The notes under the pieces are model-generated. The model saw only the letters and a program-made list of their open reading frames with translations, did no database searches and was not told the origin of the DNA. The position numbers were made by a program, and so were the translations under genes. From Chromera velia (lineage: Eukaryota): 58,487 nucleotides of DNA. The stretch is from assembly GCA_018398765.1 (NCBI GenBank), contig JAHBMJ010000047.1:1-58487 (forward strand), written 5' to 3'. Of the stretch, positions 14,200-25,019 are shown piece by piece; positions within the stretch are counted from its first letter, which is position 1; every line of letters starts with the position of its first letter.

Positions 14200-15033
14200 A
14201 AGAACAGGTGGGCAAAGAGATGGGAGGCCGCCTGCGGTTCATGGAAAGGAACTAGTTCTCTCTCAGCGCTCCCCTCTTTGCACACTTCCTTCCATCCATC
14301 TCCCGCGGCCTCTAAAACATCTGCGTGTGTGTGTGTGTGTGGGTGGGTGTGCGTTTGTCCGCGTATCTATCTATTGGTCTGCCTGTCTATCGGACTGACG
14401 CGAGTTGATGCCGTCTCTGTATTGTTTGAGTGCCTCAGAGTTCTCGAGGACCTCTCTGATGGGGTCGTGGCCGATCATCAACCCGTACTCCAACTTGAGC
14501 CACTCCCGGATGCGGGCATCGAGGTCCTTGTCTGTGGGCCTGGGTTTGGTCTCAGGTTCGCTCATCACTTTGATGGTCTCCGCACCTGCAGGCGCAGTGA
14601 GGGAGACAGAAGGACACAAGTGATCTATCGCGCAGCTGGGCGGGATTCGCATAGATGAGGTGCACCACGGTGAGGAGACAGTGCTTGTTTGACGCATGAG
14701 TGGCCGAACGAGATCGCCAGGGACACGCGACGCCAGAAACACAAGGATCAGGGGACAGAGAAGTGCTCCTGTCCTAGGCTTGCACGCAAGGATGCGGTCA
14801 AGAGAACGGGCGTGGAGACACCAGCGGGAGACAGGAGAAAGGATGAGTGAGACGGCATAAGAAGTGCTTGAGAATAAAGGGTAGGTTCAGGAAGCACACT
14901 GACTCAGGGCCGAAGAACATCCTGCTCCTCTGCGTGGAAGACACCCTGCTACCCTCTGTCCTACCAGGGTGAAAGACACCACCACACTTGTGTGCAAAAG
15001 CACAAGGAGAGCCAAATCCAAGAGAGACGGCAT
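7399..15033 (-). CDS. Class I SAM-dependent methyltransferase, METTL13-N/EEF1AKMT4-like, with bipartite targeting leader and long N-terminal coiled-coil region
   Basis: Phase-compatible exons: 15033-14904 (MPSLLDLALLVLLHTSVVVS-FTLVGQRVAGCLPRRG), 14585-14400, 14071-13029, 12667-~12582 (YWEDRF), ~12374-12329 (VDWY), 12130-12067 (motif I ILNLGSGTS), ~11702-11584 (RLPFEMYDDGLRDVTSVD), ~11347-11256 (FDFVIDKGLLDSVL), ~10949-10877 (EVFRVLKPG), ~10551-10457 (GSFFCISHGRP). Further small exons at ~10090-7890; last exon ~7523-7399 (FVVYKMRK...RPS-TAG). Exons between 8200 and 9640 are less certain. Confidence 0.85.
7585..7775. repeat. Compound intronic microsatellite (CT)n-(GC)n-(CA)n-(GA)n-(CAGA)n
   Basis: Directly visible simple repeats. 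Confidence 0.9.
7966..8088. repeat. (ATCA)n tetranucleotide microsatellite
   Basis: ~120 bp of imperfect TCAA repeats abutting a minus-strand 3' splice site at ~7963. Confidence 0.9.
14079..14196. repeat. (CA)n microsatellite in intron
   Basis: Long imperfect CA run immediately before the minus-strand acceptor at 14072. Confidence 0.9.
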
Positions 15034-15669
15034 AGCGTGCTCTCAAAGATCTCTAGAGTTTTTTGACAACTGTTGTTGCAAAAAGCCGCCCCAAACCGTC
15101 AAAACCTCCAGTCCGGTTCTACTGCTGACAGACAAACACGAACTACTCGAAAGCAAACCCGATTGGCATCTGTTCTTTCGCCTCTCCTTCCTTTGTGAGT
15201 GATCTTCCGAAGATCGCTTTGACTGAATGTCGCCCCTGACACGTACCAATCCGGACGGGTCACCTTCGCGCCCTTTCCCATGCATGCACTAGAATCCTGC
15301 GAACGCGGACCGTATAAACGTGACAGGGGTGAACGAATAAGCAATTAAGGTGCCCCGGCTGGGCTTTGGATGAGATTTTAATCCCGTAGTGGGCCAACTT
15401 ATTTGGCTCGTGCAGTGGATGCCGGGGCCATGAACTGGGCCCCACTGGACTTCCCATGTCTCACAGTGTCTCTCGAGCTAAGTTTGAAGTTGCCGTCTCC
15501 AGCCATGCAGAATTAAGCCTAAGCAAAGAAAAGGGTTCGTCAGCGGGCGTCAGACTTCTAGACCTGTCACTTTTCAGATTGTTGTCAGGCTTGCAGGAAC
15601 ATTGTCAGGCGCTCTGCTAGAAGGTGTAAGGACCTTAGTTTTGACGGAGACGGTGAGGGAGAAAGGAAA
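15034..15669. promoter_or_regulatory. Putative bidirectional promoter between methyltransferase (-) and PhnZ-like (+) genes
   Basis: 636-bp gap between divergent ATGs; contains CATGCATGCA (~15279), TGGGCCAA (~15390), GGCCATGAACTG (~15426) and AATTAAG motifs. Confidence 0.5.
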
Positions 15670-16648
15670 ATGTCTTCAGAGAGTGTGGATGCTGTTTTCC
15701 AGCTGCTCTTGGCGGCTAGCGAAGAGGGCTACATCGGAGAACCCGTGTCCCAGTTGCAGCACGCACTCCAAGCTGCCTACTTCGCACACAAAGCTGGTGA
15801 GTGCATCGATGCGATCCGATTTGCTGTGCGTGTGTGCTCCTCTCTATGTGCCCGCTTTTCTTCTTAATGCATCGAGGAGACGGCAAAAATTTCCTTCTTT
15901 CGAGTCCATTCTTTCACCCCTCTTCAGAAACTTTGCGACCTTTTCTCCGCAGGCTGCGATGAAGAGACGGTGCTTGCTGCGCTGTTACACGATGTCGGAC
16001 ACCTATGCGAGAAGGGAGCGCCTAAGATGGACGCATTGGGTGTGATGAATCACGAGAGGCTCGGTGCTCTGTGGTTGAAGGACTTGGGTTTCTCCCAGAA
16101 GGTGTGCGACCTGGTGGAGGGACACGTGAGCGCAAAGAGATACCTGACTGGCAAGCACCCAGAATACCACGATAAACTGAGCGACGCTAGCAAGGGAACG
16201 CTTGTCTGGCAGGTCCGTTTCGATGACAAGGGCGGTTTGCGCGTTTAACTCTAAAAACATTCAGTTTGCGTGTCTGTTTCGGTGACTAGAGGCGTTGAAT
16301 TAAGCCGCCTTTGTTAATGCAGATCCAGTGGGCGAAGCTACGCGTGAACCTTTAGTGGCATGGTTTGATGAAGGCGAGCAGATAGGCTGTACGACAGATT
16401 TCTCGTCTCTTTTCTCGTACACTCTGAAAGGGGGCTTCTTGTGACAAATGAAACGAGCAGAGGGAAAGAGGCAAGTGAGTGCAGAAAAGCCAGCTCTTAT
16501 GGCAAACGAAATGAATGAAAGGAGAGAGCCAAGTAAGCACACAAAAGTGGCGTCTTGTGAGAGAGGAAAGGCCGCGAATAGAAGGAGAAAAGCGATTGGA
16601 CAGGGGATGGAGGGTCTCTCTGTCTCTGTCGGTCTCTCTCTGTCTGTC

Positions 16649-16722
<74 letters not shown>

Positions 16723-17200
16723 GGTGGGTGGGTGGGTGGGGTGACAGGGTTCTGTCTACCTTCTATTTGTCTTCTGTTTCGTCACATCGCTTCTCCACGG
16801 TTCTTTTTCCGCCATCCTCTTTCTCAAGTTCTGTTTGACGAGAACAGCTAAATTAGCGCGAAGATACCCGAAGGTCTTTCTGTCAGTCCCTTCCCAGATC
16901 CGCCCTCCTGTTCGGCAGTCCCCCTCTCGAAGATCTCTGAGGATCTCAATGCATCTCCCTCAGCCTCACTTGATTGCCACCTGCTTATTTCTTTCTTCCA
17001 CGCAGGGGGGTCCCTTTACCCCCGACGAGGTCACGGCGTTCGAGAAGGATCCCCTGGGGGGCCTGAAGCTACAGATGCGGCACTTCGACGACCTAGCCAA
17101 GGACCCTTCTCTCAAGGTGCCGGACCTGGAGAGCTACAGAGAAATGATTAGAGACCACCTCGCACAGGAAGCACAAAAGAGAGTCGCAGAGTCAGCATGA
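15670..17200 (+). CDS. phnZ: PhnZ/TmpB-like HD-domain diiron oxygenase, 193 aa
   Basis: Exons 15670-15796, 15953-16212 and 17006-17200 (582 nt, GT-AG introns). Motifs in PhnZ order: YIGEPVSQLQH, LLHDVGH, HERLG, HVSAKRYL, LSDASKGTLVWQGG, RHFDDLAK. Confidence 0.9.
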
Positions 17201-17967
17201 AGGAGCTTGTGATGAAAGTAGATGAAAGTGATCAGTCCGCTCGGCTCTGAATCAGACTAGCTCAGATTGTATGACGAGCTAGATGACGAGGCCTGTGAAT
17301 AGCCTGAGGCCTGTGACCGTATGCCTAGCGGCCCTAGCCGTATGCTAAACCGTGTGACAGAGTATGACAGAGAGTGGTCTCCTGGTCTCGACTTACATCT
17401 ACTAAAATTAACCACAGCTTTAATAAAAAAATAAACTTTATGTTGTTCAAATCAATCAATCAATTTTTGTTTAACTTAAACATTCAATTTATGTTATATA
17501 TCTTGACGTACAGAAGTAGATCTACATTTTGTACTAAACTAGGTTACAGTCTAGATACTAAATTTCGTGTCTAGCTCCAAGTTTTAGTTTCGCGTACGAC
17601 GTGTAAACTTCTTTTAAATGGTTTTCCCACAAAATTTCCCTATCAGTTTCCTAAAAATCCAAACCACGAATTTGCCCGATAAATATAAATTAAAAAAAAA
17701 ATACTTACATATAATTAGGCTAGTTATTCATTAAAAATAAGCTACTATAATACGCCCAACCACCTAGACGTACGCGCTAGCGTACGCGTAACTACGTATT
17801 ACACTGATGACCTTTCGCCGTCGATCGAACTTAAGTGTTTTCGCGACTTATTCGACCATTACGAATAGCTAAATGAACAGTTTGTTGAAAGCTAAGACTT
17901 GGTACAATGGTATCAAAGGAGGCTATTCCGACCCCCTCCCGTCTCTGAGCCCCCCGGACCCTGCAAA

Positions 17968-20900
17968 CTACACTGCGAAGTTTCGCAAGCGGATGCCCCT
18001 TTCATCGAGCAGCGGCCGCAACAGACGCACAACCTCCTGACGCTCCTCACCCCCTAGTCGCTGAAGCAGTTCGGTCATTTTGTCGGCCTGTCTCTCTCTT
18101 TGAAAATGTTCCCAATTTTCGATGCTGCCCGGATACATACCGAGGCGGATGCCAAGACGACGCCCGACCTCTCGGGCGATTTGACAATGCGGCACATGAT
18201 CATGGGCATCCTGACCGCAGTCTTGCAAGCAGTACCCGCAAAAACCGCGACCGCACCGGCTGCACGTCAGAGCCGCACATCCGTCGTAATCCACGAATGC
18301 GGCACGGCAGCTGGGACATTTCAGGGTGAGAATGTCTTCTGCAATCTCTCTCACCTTCCTCTGTGCCCCATCCTCCATGAGGGCCTTTTGCAACCGCTGT
18401 TCAAACTCACTCTCCATCGCTGCGCGCAAACGCTCTTCTGCCGCCTCTCTCCTTACCCCTTCCCACAGAGCATGAACGTCCGGGCGGAGGTGCCGGGAAA
18501 TTTCGGGAGGGGAGAAGGGGCCGGAGGGGCACCCGACGTGCATGCAGGAGACTCTGCAATCGTCAGCTTTGAACCGCGCTCTGACGTCGCTATACTCCAA
18601 ATCGACGCGGGCATTCGACTCGATGTGCCTGTTCAGGCAACCCGCACAGAGGAAGTGCCGACCGGAGTCGGAGCACGATAGGCCGTTCTCACGAAGGAGA
18701 ACCTCAAAGCACGCCACACACTGGGAGGTCTCTGCGTTCTCTCGAGAGAAAACAGGGCTCTGCAAGACCTCAGCGGCTGTCGGGCGTCTAGAGGGGTCTT
18801 TCCCTTTCATTCTGCCCACCAATCTGTCCAGTGCACATGCCCTCTGGGGGTCTCCCGAAAGCACCCCCTCTCCCAAAAGCTCAGAAAGAACGACACCTGC
18901 AGCATACACATCTCCTGCTGTCGTCATCGCTCCCCCTGCCGTCACTTCGGGAGCGAGATAGTGGGCAGTCACGTGAAGAATGGTGGTTGCTCTCGGTGCA
19001 GCGGAGAGTACGGATTCCGTGTTTGGGGTGAGGGGGGGATCAGCGTCTTTCACACCGTCAAAATCCCCCAGCACTGCTCTACTGGCATCGGTGAGAAAGA
19101 TATTTTGTGGCTTCACGTCACAGTGCACCTTCCCCCTCTCATGCAAAAAAACAAGAGCTGAGAGCAAGTCCTCAGCCAGACGAAGACTCTCCCTCGCATT
19201 CCTCCCTCCATCTGCTGGACGTGCATTCATCCATGACGCCAAATCCCCCCCTCTGTAAAAAGGCATTTGCACAAAACCGTATACGCCCTCCTGCCACACA
19301 GCAACGACAGGCACCAAATTGGGATGACGCAATGCGTGAAGCATCGATGCCTGTCGGTAAAAGTGTCGGGTAGCTGCTGTTGCAATATCAATCATCTCAC
19401 TGTCCCCGNNNNNNNNNCCCCGCCCCCCCCCCCGATTTCATAACTCTTCAAAACCCACCGTACACCTTTTCTGTCTGTACACTCTGACACACGCGCGACG
19501 CTCCCCGTCTGAGGAGAGGGTGCTGAGAGGAGACGTTCAGTACAGAAATCACGGCGGGATGAACGTCCCTGCAACAATACCCCTCCACGCACAAGAGAAC
19601 CCAAATGGGCCACCTCCTTCACGTCCAAACGAACGCGCCGAAGAAAACTGCCACCCTCCCAAAGGAGTTCTGCAAGGCAGATGTCGAGATGCAAGGGAGA
19701 GAAGACGTGCACGCTCACGGGCAATCGCTGCAGGAAGATCGCGCGCTCTTGCTGTTGCTTTCACTCTCTCCAATGCTTTCTCTTTACTGACTGCTTCACC
19801 TTCCCTTTTCCTTCTCTTTGCAAGTTTCACCTCTAACTCAAGCACTTCCTCCTCTTCCCTGTGACCCTCATCCTCTTTGAGCATTGCCTCTAGCGGCTCT
19901 AACAGCTTGTCTGACAGGCTCTCTGGACTGTTCTCTATCAACACTCGCGCGAGTGCCCTTTCAATGCGGACGTCCGCAGCGTCTCTTTCAAGCTGTCGAA
20001 GCTCTCCATCGAGACGCGCGAAGACCAACGACACCTCCTCCAGCCTTCGCAAGACCTCCCGGCAGGTGTCTACCACTAATTTCAAAATTTCCTTCCCAGA
20101 ACATTCCGAGTACGAATCCTCCAAACCTCTCATCTTCCCCAACAGTGTTGCCTTGGCCGTCTCTGCCCTCTCCAAACGCGCACAAGCGTCCTGAAAGGAC
20201 CAACAATTTCCCGTCCGCATCTCAGAAAACGCGGCAGTTGCGCGAGCCCACGACGACTCCGTTGCATCACTGATCACCTTTATCTTTGCAGATCTCTGCT
20301 TCACCCACCCATTTCCCAAATTCGTCGCCTTCTTGCAAAGATCCTCGAGAGTCAGAGAGGAAAGGAGGGGGAAGATATCGGCGAAGGGGGTGGAGCTCCC
20401 GATCTCAATCACAACAACCCGTTTCAAACGAGCGACCAAGGACTGCGGACTGATGTCTTCGACATGCTTGCGAGAGAATGTGATTCTACGCAGCTTCTCT
20501 GCCGCTACAAAAAGTGTGCGGCGTGCGTCATCAATGGCCTTTGCGGCATTAGCTGTGCGCTCCTGACACACTTCTGTGCCCTCCTTCCCTCCTTGATCAG
20601 ATCAGAAAGAGACGAATCTAAAGAACGGGAGGAAGACGCGGCAGCAGCACAGGAACTGCGGATGAGGGACTCAGTCGACGGGGACATATTCAAACTCGAG
20701 GTGCTGTCTAAGAGCTCAAGCATCTCCTTCCAAGCGCTGCCTGTCCCTGCGTGAGGGAGACCCCAAAGACCCTCGGACTCATATTCTTTTGGGGGCAGGG
20801 AACCGCCCTCAGATGAGGAAGGGGGGGGGCGACACACTTCGCACAGCCGTCTGTGGAAGCGGGCTGCGGTTACGGGAAGACTGCTTGACTGTGATCTGTC

Positions 20901-23900
20901 AAGCTCCTTGAGGATGTGCGGAGAGTGCACTGCGAGGTCAGCAGCCCTTCTGCCCTTCTGCAGAGAAGTCAACAAGAACAGTTTCTTCACACTGTATGAT
21001 TGGCAGGAGAACTAACCCCTGCTGCTATGTCTGGCATCAGCGTCACTCTTTTTCTGTCTTTTAGTCACCTCACTTTCTCCACCAGACAAATATGCAAAAG
21101 GCAAAAGAGCAAAAAGAGACCGACCGACTTTATCGGTTGCGTTCACATCCACACCCGCTCTCAGCAAGAAGNNNNNNNNNNNNNNNNNNNNNNNNNNNNN
21201 NNNNNNNNNNNNNNNNNNNNNNNNNNNNNNNNNNNNNNNNNNNNNNNNNNNNNNNNNNNNNNNNNNNNNNNNNNNNNNNNNNNNNNNNNNNNNNNNNNNN
21301 NNNNNNNNNNNNNNNNNNNNNNNNNNNNNNNNNNNNNNNNNNNNNNNNNNNNNNNNNNNNNNNNNNNNNNNNNNNNNNNNNNNNNNNNNNNNNNNNNNNN
21401 NNNNNNNNNNNNNNNNNNNNNNNNNNNNNNNNNNNNNNNNNNNNNNNNNGGGGGGGAGGGGGGAGAAACTGCCAGTAACCAGATCGACTGGCGGAAGAAA
21501 TGAATGAGATGGAGTTAATTCAGAGAAAAGAGAGGGCAGATCGAAAGAGCCATGCAGCGAGGGGGTGACAGAGAAAGAAAGAAGGAAAGAAGGAGAAACA
21601 CAGACCAGCCGGCAAGGCAAACAAATCAACGACTGAGACTGCAAGAGCACCATGTAACATCACAATATTGGGCGAATAGACCAAGAACAAGGGACCCGGC
21701 GGACCTTGTCAACTGCGTTCACGTCCACACTTCTCGCGAGGACTTTCAGGATCTCCACACACGACCCTGACAGTCCCCCACTCACTGCCACATGGAGGGC
21801 CGTGCGTCCAAACTGCATGCACAGACAGAAATCAAGGGAGGGAACTCGACAATAAGCAAAAAGCAAAAAGGAGAAGAGAAGATAAAAACAGTTCTGCTGC
21901 CCGATTTTGGGTTGGTATTGTCGACATGTACTCTCTTTTGGTTTCCCCTGCCTGGATGCATGGAACGAAGGACACCACCGATTGGCGCTTTATGGAGATG
22001 GGTAGAACTCCTGACCGCGAATTAAGGTATACTCAAATTAATTACTGGAGGGACTGACGGACTCTGTCGACTTTTGACGCGTCCACCCCAGCCTCTAGGA
22101 GACACTTCACGATCTCAATCACGGGAGAGCATCCAGTAGACGCAGAGGTCCGCGGCATGAGCGCAGTGTGAAGAGGTGTCCCCTGCAGTGAGTGAAGGGG
22201 ATGCACGAGCAGCCGCAGAGTCATACATGGCCATGCATCTGAACAAAGACAGACCGGACAGAGTGACGTCGAATCCTTTACGAGTACCTGGAACACACAG
22301 ACGCGTTCCTTTGCGTCAACACTTCGTTGCTACGCGGGAACAGTCAGGAAATACGAACATGATCAGATCAATCTGCCTAGAAAGGCTTGCTTCGAGAAAC
22401 TGAACGGGTCCCGTTCCTTTGCAGACGACCACAATTAAGAAAGTCTCTGCATGACTTGCCAAATCCCCCACGACAATACACCGAGAGGACACAGAGGACT
22501 GACATTGCCATAGTCTGTTGCTGCACCCACCTTGATGAGGTGTTTCACGATCGTCACATGAAACCGGGACGCATAGTGAAGGGCTGTCCATCCGCACTGC
22601 AGCCAGAGCAAGAAGCAAATTAATGCGGCTCCAAACATTGGGCATCAACAAGGCAGCAGCCTGCATGTGCGTCGGTGAGGGACATCTAGAAGCGACGCAG
22701 GAAACAGCCTGGAGGTACAATTCATGAAGCCATGCAGGTTGACATAATATCGATGGACACACACACCAAAAAAAGGCAAGCGAAGGATAACCTTCGCATT
22801 TTCATTCATTGCAGGAGCTCATTTCTCCGTTCTCTTCGTGGAACCTATGCAATGCCGCTGCATGCATAGATCAATCTTCCTGCCTGCCCTCCGAAACCGT
22901 TTTGTGCCTTCCTATCGCTGTTGAGAAGCTCCAGCACAACATTGTGCAATCTGACAATCGCCTCATTCTTTCTCAACCCTCATCTGTATGTTGACAGGAG
23001 GACAGGATGCTGGACGCAAAGCATGTGAGTGCATGAAGGAGTGCATAAGCCTTTTTCTTTAACTGTCAGCATACTGCCAGTGACTGATCTTTCTGTCCTG
23101 ACCGGATCGGGCTCCATGGAGTCGTGTCCTGCCTCCAGGAGAGCTTTGAGGATCGCGGGGTCTCTCTTCCTTGAAACGAGGAGGACAACTGTCTGACCAT
23201 GCTGCATCCATCCATACAGTGAGAGCCGAGCTGTGCGGAGAGACAAACGGGCAGAAAGCGGGTGGGCAGGATTGCGCAGGGAGGCACAGATGAAGAAATA
23301 TAATTGTACTTCTCGAGCATGCGCTTCAAATGCATCGACATGCCTATTTCGTTTATATTTCTGCAGCTCTTTCTGTCTGTCTGTCTGTCTCCCTGCCTTG
23401 TTGCTCTGCCTGCGTGTTCTTATCTGTTCTTCTTGCATTAGAAAGACAAGCAGAGGAACCTACCGAATTGACTCCCAGCCCCCCGCTGCCTGCTGCCCCC
23501 TTGGCAAGAAGAGCTTTTACTTCTTTGACATTCTCTTCATCGACCGCCTGGAACAACCGGGTCCTCATTTCGGCATGATCCTGCAGGAATTAAATGGGGC
23601 AAAACGCCAAGGAATGGAGTTTGATCACCTTCTCGCACCTACGGACGACAGGAAACGAGTCGATCCTCTGACATTGGTTTGCAGGATAGACAGGAAGCAA
23701 GAGAGCAGGTTGATCACTTGTTGTAGAGAAGCCAAAACATCGTGCATTCTCGGAGAAGAAGTCATGAGGTTCGAAAGCATGTAAGTACTTCAGCTATCAG
23801 ATCAGGTAGACGGAAAAGAATAAGACGCAGCGCCTCGATTGAGGCCGAGCGGCTTCCAACGAAGTCACCCCACTACTCAATCAGATGGATTTAGTGCGGC

Positions 23901-24420
23901 ACCAGATGGTCTGTCACTCACTTTTGAAGGACAGCTGGAGGCAGAGGAACTCTTACGACGCTGCGAGTTTTCGTTTCCGTTTCTCTCACGAGAATTCGCT
24001 CTCGTCCCTCCCTGTCTTTCGAATCTCCTGCCACCATTTTCGTCTTCTTCTGCCCTGCCTTTCCTCCCGTCTCTTCCTTTCTCTGCTTCCTCTTCATCGT
24101 GTCCCAAAAGAGCTTCAAAGATGGACGTACGCTTTCCCGCCAACAAACGAGAAGTCACACAAGCTCTCGAGGGCCTCTACGAATGCAAAACGAGAGAATG
24201 CGCCCCGGCAGGAAGAATTCAACACAAAGCAAAACTTCGGTCCGTTTAATCGGAGGCTCGTTCAGTCAGACTGAGAAAAAAAAGAGACTCGATCCCTTCA
24301 GAGCCCAGCACGACCCTTTCCTGTGTCGAATGGACCAGCACGACTTCGTGGCACTCGGCTACCAGAGAAACTGAGAGAACGTCAGAGAATTAAGCTCCAA
24401 ACCTTGAGTCCGAGTGACAT
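17968..24420 (-). CDS. Ankyrin repeat + coiled-coil + protein kinase + RING1/Rcat (RBR-like) protein; two apparent frameshifts (pseudogene or assembly error)
   Basis: Ankyrin exons (LFQAVDEENVKEVKALLAKGA; GWTALHYAS; GTPLHTAL..LLEAGVD; GRTALHVAV; LLRAGVDVNATDK) at ~21130-23580. Coiled coil ~19680-20570. Kinase (VLK, HPNLV, HCDVKPQN, GDFD, YLAPE, DVY) ~18740-19500. RING (CVAC..C..HFLCAGC..CMHVGC) and CPSC..DGCAALTCSRC..FCGYC at ~18190-18720. Frame changes near 20590 and 19675. Start at 24420 (MSLGLK, then a donor) is tentative. Confidence 0.8.
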
Positions 24421-25019
24421 CGAATTGTCGTCAACACACGAATTAAGTCAACAATAAGTCAACGCCGGGGATGGGTCGGGGGCATGGGGGGGCGGGGTAA
24501 TATGTACGGCGGCCCGATATGGTCGGACCCGCGGCAAATCCCGCCCAAAAACCATGCATGCCACCATACACCATGCATGGGGGAACCGAATGCAGTTCAA
24601 ACCCTAGTTAAGTATAAGTTAGTCTAGAGTTAGGTGGAGCAACACTTAGTCTAGTAAGCAACACCACAACTAAAATTGTAAAAACCTCTAAAAATCTTAA
24701 TCATCACTTGCTTGTTATTTCTTTCAATTTCTTTTAAAAAACAAAAATACAATATAAAATTGAAAGGTACTAGAACTCTAGCAGAGAAGACAATTTACTA
24801 GGAGGATTCAAATCATTTCATACAGAGGGAACTGACAAGAAGGAGGCGCTCTCCTTTCCTGTTAATCAGTCTGTTCTATTCGTATCCAATCAGGATTCAA
24901 CCAATACGACATGAGAATTGAATTTGCCGATCACTGAAGGGCAAAGAACACGAACTTTCTTTGCAAAGTCAATAACTTTTCACCTTACACCAGATCGAAC
25001 TGCAATCAATCGTTCACGA

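Noticed and set aside
17908..17918. TGGTATCAAAG resembling a tRNA-Met PBS
   Set aside because: Imperfect match with no gag or recognisable LTR; lies in the kinase gene's 3' flank.
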